Assembly (NCBI RefSeq): GCF_006345805.1
Contig: NC_043007.1
Location: 4,898,001 to 4,962,000, forward strand
Origin: Octopus sinensis
Lineage: Eukaryota
DNA length: 64,000 nt
Direction of reading: 5' to 3'
Below the pieces are notes generated by a model. That model did not search any database, was not told the DNA's origin, and was given only the letters and a program-made list of their open reading frames with translations. A program made the position numbers and the translations under genes. Each line of letters starts with the position of its first letter. Within the stretch, counting starts at the first letter, position 1. Shown one piece after another: positions 13,429-24,530 of the stretch.

Positions 13429-13978
13429 TTATTATTATTATAATCATCATCATCATCATCATTATTAACTGATGCAAACATGGAAAGCCGACATTAAATG
13501 ATGATGATGATGATTAGGTGTGGGCATAGCTGTGCAGTAAATAGGTTCTAAGGCAGCAAGATGGTAGAATGGTTAGTTTTGTGGCATTTCATCTGACTCT
13601 TTACACTCTGGGTTCAAATTCCATCAAAGTCAAGTTTGCCTTTCATATTCTTGGGGTTGATAAAATAATTACCAGTCATGCACTGGAGTCAACACAAACA
13701 ACTTGCCTCCCCTCTTCCAAAATTGCTGGCCTTGTGCCACAATTTGAGACCAGGTGGCAAGCTGGCAGAATCGTTAGCAAGCCTGGCAAAACGCTTCTCA
13801 ACATTTCTTCCATCTCTACGTTCAGAATTCAAATTCCACTGAAGTCAGCTTTACCTCTCATCGTCTTGGGGAGTTGATGAATTAAGTACCAGTCATGCAC
13901 TGGGGACAATGTAATTGACTGACCCCCGCCCCATAAAATTCCAGGCCTTGTGCCTATCATAGAAAAGATTATTAAGGT

Positions 13979-14142
13979 AGGTGTAGGAGTGGCTATGTGG
14001 TAAGTAGCTTGCTTACCAACCACATGGTTCCGGGTTCAGTCCCACTGCGTGGCACCTTGGGCAAGTGTCTTCTACTATAGCCTCGGGCCAACCAAAGCCT
14101 TGTGAGTGGATTTGGTAGATGGAAACTGAAAGAAGGCCATCG

Positions 14143-14174
<32 letters not shown>

Positions 14175-14400
14175 CGTGTGTGTTTGTGTGTCTGTGTTTG
14201 TCTCCCCAACATCGCTTGACAACCGATGCTGGTGTGTTTGCGTCCCCGTAACTTAGCGGTTTGGCAAAAGAGACCGATAGAATAAGTACTAGGCTTCCAA
14301 AGAATAAGTCCTGGGATCGATTTGCTCGATTAAAGGTGGTGCTCCAGCATGGCCGCAGTCAAATGATTGAAACAAGTGAAAGAGAGTAAAAGAGAGTAAA
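13979..14400 (+). mobile_element. SINE family A, full-length
   Basis: Near-identical to 2061-2492. Confidence 0.85.
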
Positions 14401-15084
14401 GGTGATAAGATGCCAGAATCGTTGGAGCAGCAGAAGACATGTTTTGCAGTATTCTTCTAACATTTGACGCTCTGAGTTCAAATCTTGCCAAGGTCAACTT
14501 TGCCTTTCATCCTTTCAGGGGTCAATAAAATAAATTCCTAGGTGGGTTCTGGGGCCTACGTAATCAACCTACCTCTCTTCTCAAAATTGCTGGCCTTCTG
14601 CCAAAATTAGGAAGAATTATTATCATTGCGGTTGTCGTGGTTATTATTACCATTATTCCTTTTGTTGTTGTTCTTATTCTATTGTTATCATTGTCATTAT
14701 CATTATTATTATTATTGTTATGATTATTAGTGCTATAGTTGTTGTTGTTGTTGCTATTTTCACTGTTCTGTTTCAATGGCTGTAATTAATAGCGGTTTTA
14801 TTTATAGAAGATCTATTAAACCAACTCTATTCAGACTTCATTCATTTAGGAAACGACAACAACTTACTTTGCTTAAAATAAATAATAAATAATGTAAATG
14901 TACGTCTAACTGGTGTTGGAAGAAAAATGTCGCAACTTGCAAACAACAAGACAATCCAGATATGACCAACCAAACAAATCATATTGATTATTTCTCAGCT
15001 TTTCAGTGAGAATAAAGGCAATTTCAATATTCTTTTCTTCATTTTATTTTGTAGCAAATGAATTTAATTTATTGAGTCAATACC

Positions 15085-15485
15085 AGTTGTTGCTGCTGCC
15101 GCTGTTGTTGCTGTTGAGCGAAGTGGTTTTCATCCCAGAGCTTGCAGTGGGAGAAGTCTAAAACGTGGTCCTTTGCTATTCGTAAGACCCGCAAAAGAGA
15201 AAGCAGGTCAACCCCCCAACGCCGAGAGCATCGACGGATGGATGAATGCGCATCCAGGCTCAGCGGTTGCATAGGAAGTCGGGGACAAGAAACAGGAAGA
15301 AAGAGTGAGAGAAAGTAAGAGCGAAAGAGTACAACAGGGGTCGCCACCACCCCCTGCCGGAGCCTTGTGGAGCTTTAGGTGTTTTCGGTCAATAAACACA
15401 CACAACACTCGGTCTGGGAATCAAAATCGTGATCCTCCAACCGCAAGTCCGCTGCCCTAACCATTGGGCCATTGCACCTCCACTG
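15085..15485 (-). mobile_element. tRNA-Arg-like SINE (family C)
   Basis: Reverse complement of the 32894-33250 element; head GGAGGTGCAATGGCCCAATGGTTAGGGCAGCGGAC; (CAA/CAG)n tail. Confidence 0.8.
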
Positions 15486-16190
15486 TTGCTGCTGCTACTG
15501 CTGTTGTTGTTACTGTTTAGCTTCAGGTTTATCCCCGGGTAGCTCTGATCAATCTACAGATTGACAGTTTACCCACCCAAGTGCAGACATGGCTGCGTGG
15601 TGAAGAAATTCACTTCGCAACCAGAAATCTTTGAGCATGTGTATTCTTCTACAGCTCCAGACTCGCCAAAGCTTTGTGTGTAGATTTGAAAGGTAGAAAC
15701 TGTGCTGAAGCCCATATATTCTCTTCCTCGTCATCAACATCGTTTAACATCCAGCCAATAGAATAAATAACATAACAAAAAAAGAGAAGAGATACCTGAG
15801 GACATGACACCTGTTCTTTTGTCAATCATTTATTAATTAACATTAGTTTCAAATTTGGCAGAAGGCCAGCAGTGTTGAGGGGCGGGCCAGGTTGCTTACA
15901 TCAACCCCAGTATTCAACTGGTACTTATTTTATCGACCCTGAAAGGATGAAGGGCAAAAAGTCGACCCTGGTAGCATTTGAACTCAGAACGTAAAGACAG
16001 ACAAAATATCACTTTGCATTTTTTCCCAGCTTGCTAACGACTCTGCCAGCTTGCCAGCCTCATTTATTAATTACTGTTACCCTCTGTACTGACCTGTTGG
16101 TATGAAAAGAAGAAACCTGCAGTGGAGACCATCTCACAATTCACTCCTCCTCACCACTGGACCTGACTAATACTGGGAGTTATAAGAGTA

Positions 16191-16582
16191 CTAGCAGTAT
16201 CGCCCGGCGTTGCTCGGGTTTGCTTCAACCCTTTAGAATTGTAGTTTTTGAAAAGTAAAAATTTTGCATTATGTAGCTTATTATTCTCTTTAAGTGAACA
16301 TTTTTCTGGTTCAAATGCACCGAAAAATGGCGACACAACAGTCAAAAAATCGTAAAAAATAGCAATTTTCGTAGAAAAAAATCACTTTTTTGATGTAAAT
16401 AATTTTTGGTGTTAACATTGTCCGATTTGAATTTTTTCTTCTACGGAAGGAAGAACAAGCCTTCTTCTATTATAATCTCAATTTTGGTCAACTTACGCCA
16501 CAGGGTCTCGGAGGAGATAGTGTTAGTTGAAGGCTACCAAACCTGCCATACACAGACAACTTCAGATTTATATAGAAAGAGA
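16191..16582 (-). mobile_element. Non-autonomous Helitron, both termini intact (392 bp)
   Basis: On the minus strand: host A, 5' TC terminus (TCTCTTTCTATATAAATCTGAAG), 3' GC-rich hairpin CCCGAGCAACGCCGGG, then ...CTAG and host T. No TSD. These are canonical Helitron hallmarks. Confidence 0.82.
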
Positions 16583-17147
16583 TAACATCTGATCAAGGAG
16601 GCGTATGATCAAAGGCATTCCAACTAAGACCACCCTGCCTTTATCAAACGTAAAATATCGAGGCTACAAAACTCAAATTGCCCGTCCGTCACCCCCCCCC
16701 CCCCCATTTTTTCTTTTCAAGACAATAGGATAGAATTTGAAAGCGATTTGGTTGTTATTTCTAGCAGATCGAATAACCACGTAGAAAAGACTGCTTTAGA
16801 CTAAAGTTTACAATATCTAATGTGTGACAGAGCAGTGTTCCAAATATTGCGTCGCTGCTACTTCAAATCTGATATATATTGTCATTTGAATAAAACTAAT
16901 ATTTATTCCCAGATATTTAAGATCTTTCTCGGCTCCGGATAACATTTAACGGGAGATAACTTTGTAAAAACAAAATAGTAGAGTTATTTCCCGTTGAATA
17001 TGTTTGGTCTTGATGTGGCAACCAATGAGGATTTGATTAAAGACATTCCGACCGTGACTGTCGGATTTGTTTCTTTTTCTTGTGTGTGTGTGTTTAATGT
17101 AGTGTGAGTGTTTTGTGTGTTTGCATGTCTTATCTCTTTGTATGTGT

Positions 17148-18602
17148 GAGATGGCAGAAACGTTAGCGCGCCGGGTGAAATGCGTAGCCGTATTTTGTCT
17201 GCCGCTACGTTCTGAGTTCAATTTCTGCCGAGGTCGACTTTGCCTTTCATCCTTTCAGGGTCGACAAATTAAGTACCAGTTACGCACTGGGGTCGATATA
17301 ATCGACTTAATCCCTTTGTCTGTCCTTGTTTGTCCCCTTGTGGGTAGTAAAGAAATAGGTATTTCATCTGCTGTTACGGTCTCAGTTCAATTTCTGCCGA
17401 GGTCGACTTTGCCTTTCATCCTTTTGGAGTTGATAAATTAAGTACCAGTTTCACACTGGGGTCGATGTAATCGACTTAATCCCTTTGTCTGTCCTTGTTT
17501 GTCCCCTCTATGGTTTAGCCCCTTGTGGGTAGTAAAGAAATAGGTATTTCATCTGCTGTTACGGTCTCAGTTCAAATTCTCTCGCGGTTGACTTTGCCTT
17601 TCATCCTTTCGGAGTTGATAAATAAAGTACCAGTTACGCACTGGGGTCGATGTAATCGACTTAATCCCTTTGTCTGTCCTTGTTTGTCCCCTTGTGGGTA
17701 GTAAAGAAATAGGTATTTCATCTGCTGTTACGGTCTCAGTTCAATTTCTGCCGAGGTCGACTTTGCCTTTCATCCTTTTGGAGTTAATAAATTAAGTACC
17801 AGTTTCACACTGGGGTCGATATAATCGACTTAGTCCCTTTGTCTGTCCTTGTTTGTCCCCTCTATGGTTTAGCCCCTTGTGGGTAGTAAAGAAATAGGTA
17901 TTTCATCTGCTGTTACGGTCTCAGTTCAAATTCTGCCGAGGTCGACTTTGCCTTTCATCCTTTTGGAGTTGATAAATAAAGTACCAGTTACGCACTGGGG
18001 TCGATGTAATCGACTTAATCCCTTTGTCTGTCCTTGTTTGTCCCCTTGTGGGTAGTAAAGAAATAGGTATTTCATCTGCTGTTACGGTCTCAGTTCAATT
18101 TCTGCCGAGGTCGACTTTGCCTTTCATCCTTTTGGAGTTAATAAATTAAGTACCAGTTTCACACTGGGGTCGATATAATCGACTTAGTCCCTTTGTCTGT
18201 CCTTGTTTGTCCCCTCTATGGTTTAGCCCCTTGTGGGTAGTAAAGAAATAGGTATTTCATCTGCTGTTACGGTCTCAGTTCAAATTCTGCCGAGGTCGAC
18301 TTTGCCTTTCATCCTTTTGGAGTTGATAAATAAAGTACCAGTTACGCACTGGGGTCGATGTAATCGACTTAATCCCTTTGTCTGTCCTTGTTTGTCCCCT
18401 TGTGGGTAGTAAAGAAATAGGTATTTCATCTGCTGTTACGGTCTCAGTTCAATTTCTGCCGAGGTCGACTTTGCCTTTCATCCTTTTGGAGTTAATAAAT
18501 TAAGTACCAGTTTCACACTGGGGTCGATATAATCGACTTAGTCCCTTTGTCTGTCCTTGTTTGTCCCCTCTATGGTTTAGCCCCTTGTGGGTAGTAAAGA
18601 AA
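17148..18602 (+). repeat. Tandem array of 8 SINE-B-derived units alternating 169/185 bp
   Basis: Anchor CTGCCGAGG (one copy variant) at 17225, 17394, 17579, 17748, 17933, 18102, 18287, 18456; long units carry an extra TCTATGGTTTAGCCCC. Confidence 0.95.
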
Positions 18603-18840
18603 AAAGAAATATATTTGTACTTGTATTTATGAGGCGGTGTGGTCCGCTTTGGTTAATGTGTGTGTATGCGCGGACTATCGGATTTTCAGGCATCAGGTGT
18701 GTGGACGTGTGTACGTGTGTGTGTGTGTGTGTATTTATGTGTATGCATGATGTATGTATATTTCTCCAGTGTGTGTGTGTGTTTTATTTATTTGAAGCAT
18801 CAGGAAATACAATGCATCGCTGCACATAAACACACATACT

Positions 18841-19183
18841 CTCTTTTTACTCTTTTACTTGTTTCAGTCATTTGACTGCGGCCATGCTGGAGCACCGCCT
18901 TTAATCGAGCAACTCGACCCCTGGACTTATTCTTTTGTAAGCCCAGTACTTATTCTATCGGTCTCTTTTGCCGAACCGCTAAGTGACGGGACATAAACAC
19001 ACAAGCATCGGTTGTCAAGCAATGCTAGAGGGACAAACATAGACACACAAACAAACACACATACATATATATGTATACATATATACGACGGGCTTCTTTC
19101 AGTTTCCGTCTACCAAATCCACTCACAAGGCTTTGGTCGGCCCGAGGCTATAGTAGAAGACACTTGCCCAAGGTGCCACGCAT
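18841..19183 (-). mobile_element. SINE family A, 5'-truncated
   Basis: Reverse complement of the family A body and tail. Confidence 0.8.
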
Positions 19184-19379
19184 ACTCACAAATAATCATT
19201 TCTTCTTGGTAAATAAAAACTATTTACAAGAAATAACTGTCTTTTAATATTCTCTTCTAATCTAGGCACAAGGCCGGAAATGTTGGAGGAGGGGGTAGTC
19301 GATTAGATCGACTCAGTACGCAACTGGTATTTAATTTGTCGACCCCGAAAGGATGTAGAGGTGGGGGGGGGGGCTGAAC

Positions 19380-19750
19380 GATTTGATGGCGACGACGACG
19401 ACGACAGCGATGACCACCACAGCGACCACGGTGATGATGATGAGGAGGAGGCGGTGGAAGAGGGGGGAAATGAGGAAGGGGAGGGGAAGGAGGAGGAGGG
19501 GGAAATGAGGAAGAGGAGGGGAAGGAGGAAGAAGAGGAGGGGAAGGAGGAAGAAGAGGAGGGGAAGGAGGAAGAGGGGTGAGGGAGGAGGGGAAAGGAGG
19601 AGGAAGAGAAGGGGAAGGAGGAAGAGCAGAGGGAGGAGGAGGGGGAGGAGGAGGAGGAAGAGAAGGGGAAGGAGGAAGAGGAAGAGGAAGAGAAGGGGAA
19701 GGAGGGAGAGAAGGAGAAGGAGGAAGAGAAGGAGGAGGAAGGAGGATAAT
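19380..19750. repeat. Polypurine (GAG/GGA/AAG) low-complexity tract
   Basis: GAAGAGGAGGGGAAGGAG-like 18-bp units. Confidence 0.9.
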
Positions 19751-19952
19751 GTCGATAAAGAATAAAGGATGCTCTATGGTTGTAAAAGAAAAGACCTCAG
19801 CGCCTGTCTTACCAACATTACTCGGCCAGTGGAACGGTTTTTGTGTTTCACATTCAAAGAATTCAACACATTTTCCTATTTTATTCTTTTTTATTGATTG
19901 ATTTCTTTTGCAGATCGATTATTTTGAATGAAATTAGGCCAATAAAACGGCA

Positions 19953-20445
19953 GAATTCTTTGCCATCAAATTTGAATTTTTCAATTGGTGCTCAAGCCTT
20001 GAAAAGAAAAAAATAAGAGTTAAACTACATCAGCCGTAAGGGAATACAGGTCTATCTGATCTAACTCTTCCAGTAGAACCCACCAATTGATATCTGAAAA
20101 GTTCGATGAAGTCATTCATGAACGCTGCCAAAATAAGCAACGTGATGTTGGCAGGTCTGAACAAGGGGAGACAATAGAAAAAGAATCATTCGTTAATTAT
20201 CTCCCCTTGTTCAGACTGGTCGACATACGGGAGCTTGTTTTGGTAGAAGCTATGGCAGCGTTCATGAATGACTTCATCGAACTTTTCAGATATCAATTGG
20301 TGGGTTCTACTGGAAGAGTTAGATCAGATAGACCTGTATTCCCTTACGGCTGATGTAGTTTAACTCTATTTTCTTTTCAAGGCTTGAGCACCAATTGAAA
20401 AATTCAAATTTGATTGCAAAGAATTCAAATTTGATGGCAAAGAAT
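19953..20445. repeat. Long foldback inverted repeat (MITE-like / hairpin)
   Basis: 19953-20130 is the near-perfect reverse complement of 20253-20427; an inner stem GTCTGAACAAGGGGAGA/TCTCCCCTTGTTCAGAC closes a ~20-nt loop. Confidence 0.92.
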
Positions 20446-20643
20446 CCAAACTAGATCGAAAACATCTATATATAAAACAAAATCTTTTATAACTATGAGT
20501 ATAATTATAATTAGAGTTCACTAAAAAATTTGCTTCACTACATACCGAAATTTAGAGATAGCAGTTAAAACTAGCTATTTCTCTACCATAAGAAAATCTC
20601 CTTGTTGTCTGGGAATTTTTTTATGGTAAAGAAATAGTTATAC

Positions 20644-20697
<54 letters not shown>

Positions 20698-20702
<5 letters not shown>

Positions 20703-20882
20703 GTTAATCCAAACAAGAAAGCACAAAAAAACACAACAACGCGAGGACGTGGAACAAATATAGTATTATTGGACGCTCAGGAAAGAAGGGAAGAAGGAGG
20801 GTTTAACGTTTCGAGCGGAGCTCTTCATCGAAAACATAGGAGAAGGAAAGATCCAGAGAAGGGAAGACAGAGAAAAAAAATC
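20698..20882 (-). mobile_element. Penelope-like terminal-repeat/retrozyme unit, copy 1 (hammerhead core mutated)
   Basis: Minus strand GTTTTCGATGAAGAGCTCCGCTCGAAACGTTAAAC; close sequence match to 21556-21708. Confidence 0.6.
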
Positions 20883-20884
20883 GC

Positions 20885-20911
20885 CAATATATATATATAT
20901 ATATAAATATA

Positions 20912-20971
<60 letters not shown>

Positions 20972-21089
20972 GGTCCCGGGTTGATCCGGGTTAATCCTGT
21001 AGAAGCTCCTTCTATATAATAAATATATATATATATATATTATACATATATATATATTATATATATATATATACATATATATAATATAC

Positions 21090-21121
<32 letters not shown>

Positions 21122-21138
21122 ATATATATATATATATA

Positions 21139-21179
<41 letters not shown>

Positions 21180-21556
21180 TATATATATATATATATATAT
21201 ATACATTATATATACATATACATATATATATACATATATATTATATATATACATATATACACATATATATATATACACACATATATATATATACATATAT
21301 ACATATACATACATATACACATATATATACATATACACATATATATACATATACATATATATATACATATACATATATATATACATATACATATATATAC
21401 ATATATATAATATATATATACACACATATATATATACATATATATACATATATATATATACACACATATATATATACACATATATATATACATATATATA
21501 TACATATATATATATACACATATATATATACACATATATATATATATATGTATATA
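20885..21556. repeat. (TA)n/(TACA)n microsatellite block
   Basis: Direct reading; contains a ~45-bp unique island at about 20968-21010. Confidence 0.9.
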
Positions 21557-21656
21557 TAGTTAATCCAAACAAGAAAGCACAAAAAAATACAACAACGTGA
21601 GGACGTGGAACAAATATAGTATTATTGGATGGTCAGGAAAGAAGGGAAGAAGGAAG

Positions 21657-21691
21657 GTTTAACGTTTCAAGCGGAGCTCTTCATCAGAAAC
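21657..21691 (-). ncRNA. Minimal type I hammerhead ribozyme motif (Penelope/retrozyme type)
   Basis: Minus strand: GUUU-CUGAUGA-A-GAGC(UCC)GCUU-GAAA-CGU-U/AAAC. Intact core, 4-bp stem I (GUUU/AAAC), 4-bp stem II, palindromic ACGU stem III. Confidence 0.65.
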
Positions 21692-22242
21692 ATAGGAGAA
21701 GGAAATATACATATATATATATACAAATATACATAATTTATTATGTTGAGAATACAATTTAAATTGTCGATCACCCCATTACAATATACATTCGCCATGA
21801 ATACACGTTGTGCTGAAATCGAGGAAGGCAAGCTATATATATATATATACACACATATATAAGATAAAACAGATGTTCAATCATATATTAATATAAATAA
21901 TCTATAAATATATGCATATATACTTACATATATGTACATACCTACATATATATGTATATATACATGCATATATGAGTACAGGTCATCAAAAAAAACGTTG
22001 AACACAATAAGAAACGAAAACATAAAAACAAAAACATAAAAACGAACTTTTTTCTGAACAACGAAAAAAACAAACAGAGAAACGAGACGTACAACATAAA
22101 GAATATTCCCCTTCTTCAGTTGTCCCCTGTTTAATTTACTCCACGTTACGAAGGCAGGGACAAGAGGCACACGTCATTGAAACAGTCCTTGTCGCAAAGC
22201 AAATTAAATAAAATTTGGAATTTTTTGCGGAGGGTGAAAGTG

Positions 22243-22626
22243 GACCATCATGGTTTCCTTATCTCTGGTTCTGAATGTTCTTAGGATCCATCCAGCCAGT
22301 CATCTGCACTTTGTTACCATGCTGGTGATGTGCACTTGGAAAGAGGTATCATCACTCATGGCTGTACCCAGGTCCCTCACTGATTTAGGCTCTGAGATTG
22401 AAATTCCCTGTAGACCAGTGTACACTGTGAGTTTCATATTCAGTTTTCGACGCTAGTAGCACAGGGCTTGGAATTTTTCAGCATTAAACTGCATATTATT
22501 ATCCTCAGCTCATCTGTAAATTGAGTCCAACTCCTGCTGCAGATGAGCAACTTCGCTGGGGTTCTGTATTTTCTGCGAGACTTTCGTATCATCTGCATAG
22601 CTTGCAAGGGTGGCTATCCGGGCACT
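22243..22626 (-). mobile_element. CR1-clade LINE RT fragment (same family as 38.0-39.7 kb)
   Basis: Colinear nucleotide match to about 38600-38980, including the YADD region. Confidence 0.85.
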
Positions 22627-23760
22627 ATATATTTATATATATATACATAATTTATATAATTAAATTAAATATTTATTATTAAATAAATAAATTAATTAAA
22701 TTAAAAATTAATCATTAAAAATTATTAAATTAATTATTTAAATAAATTAAATATTCATTATTAATTAAAATCATTAATTAATTAATTACTTAATTAAATT
22801 AACTATTTATTATTACTGAATTAATTAATTATGTAATTAATTTAATTAAGTAATAAATAAAATAAAAAATAAATTATTTAATCAATTAATTAAATAGATA
22901 ATTAAGGAATTTAATTAAATAGTTCAATAACTATTAATAAATATTTAAATAATTTTTTAATTAATTGATTTTTTTATTTCATAAATATTTAATTTAATAA
23001 ATTAATTAGTTAATATATTTATTTATTTACTCAATTATAAATATTTAATTGATTTTTTCTTTATTTATTTAAGCTATATTATTAAATACATAGATAAATA
23101 AATAAATAAAATTAAATATTTAGTATTAAATGAATAAATAATTTAATTGATTAATTAATTAAATTCAATATTAATTAATAAAAAATCAATTGATTAATTA
23201 ATTAAATAATTAAATTAAATATTTATTATGAAATAAAAAATAAATTAATTAATGAAATTATATATTTATTATTAAATAAACAAATTTATTAATTAAATAA
23301 TGAATTAAATAATTTAAATATTTATTATTAAATAAATAAATAAGTAAATTGATTACTTAAATTAAATAAAATATTTATTGTTAAATAAATAAAAAATAAA
23401 TAAATCAATTAACTAAATTACATATTTATTATGAAATAAATGAATTAATTAAATACGTAATTCATTAAATTACACATTTATTATTAAATAAAGAAATAAC
23501 TTAATTAATTTAATTAAATATTTTTTACTAAATAAATAAATTAATTAATTGATTAAATCAATTATTCACTATTAAATGAATAACTTACTTAATTAATTAA
23601 AAAAATTTAATCTTTATTATTAAATAAATAAAATAAATAATTAATTAAATAACTTAAATATTTATTATTAAATAAATTAAAAATTAATTAATTAATGAAA
23701 TTAAATATTTATTGCTAAATAAATAGATAATTTTAATTAAATATTTATTATGAAATCAAT
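22627..23760. repeat. ~1.1 kb nearly G/C-free degenerate AT minisatellite
   Basis: Recurring ATATTTATTATTAAATAAA motif; not a simple (TA)n. Confidence 0.88.
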
Positions 23761-24029
23761 AAAAATGAAACAATAAATCGAAACAGAAACCGAGCGATTG
23801 CGGCACCGGCAGCGGAACAGAGCGCAACTGCCGAAGCTGGCCGCGATGGCCGGAGGTGGTAGCCGCCGGCGGACGCAGGAGAGGAAGGAAGGAAGAGTGA
23901 GTGAGTGAGGATCATGGAGCCACAAAGCATGCAACACCGTCAGCCAAGAACTCTGGTTGTCGGGCTGGCGCCGGCTGGATGAGGCTTGTGCGGTCGGCGG
24001 TGAGAGTGAGCACAGCATGGTAGCGCTTT

Positions 24030-24530
24030 TCCAGCATGAACTTCCTTAAAGCTAATTGGAAAGGTATTCAGAAAAAGGTCTTGGGACAAAACTGGTCTGC
24101 AAGTCTCTCTAGGCAGAATATTGACATAAAACTACGTGACAACCATGTCATGTTTTAGCTTTATGACAATCATGCATGACATATGCAGTAAATTTGCTCT
24201 AGAGAGAATGTCAAACCAACAAAAAAACATAATACCCAGGGATAGGAAAATTCTAATGTGATGACTAGCAAAGATCTCAAAACGCCTAAATGGACCACAA
24301 AAGAACAGTGAAGAATGTTTGAGATTCAAAGCGAACTCTAACAATGGAAAGGAGAGAGTAGAAAAAGAAGTTAGGTCTCTAACAAAAGAGTGTAATACCC
24401 AAACCCAAAGCTTTCTATAGATTTCTAAGTCTGCTTCAGTATGATCATGGCCCACTGACTGTGGACTCCCAAAGGATAAGTGAAATAATGAATACAAAAT
24501 ACAAAAGTGGTTTCACATTTGTGTGAAGAT
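24030..24530 (+). mobile_element. CR1-clade LINE endonuclease-RT linker fragment
   Basis: Reads NFLKANWKGIQKKV...NW...; IIPRDRKILM; PKAFYRF...GPL...ISEIMN.KYKSGFT, with stops and frameshifts. Confidence 0.6.

Noticed and set aside
17148-18602. CRISPR-like or protein-coding repeat array
   Set aside because: Whole units are near-identical copies of a dispersed SINE; no variable spacers and no sustained ORF.
19361-19901. Arg/Gly/Glu-rich protamine-like ORFs
   Set aside because: Translation of a polypurine repeat.
20825-21582. Ile/Tyr-rich ORFs (also 40120-40471, 52383-53062 and the CVCV/THTH ORFs)
   Set aside because: Translations of (TA)n, (TG)n and (CA)n microsatellites.
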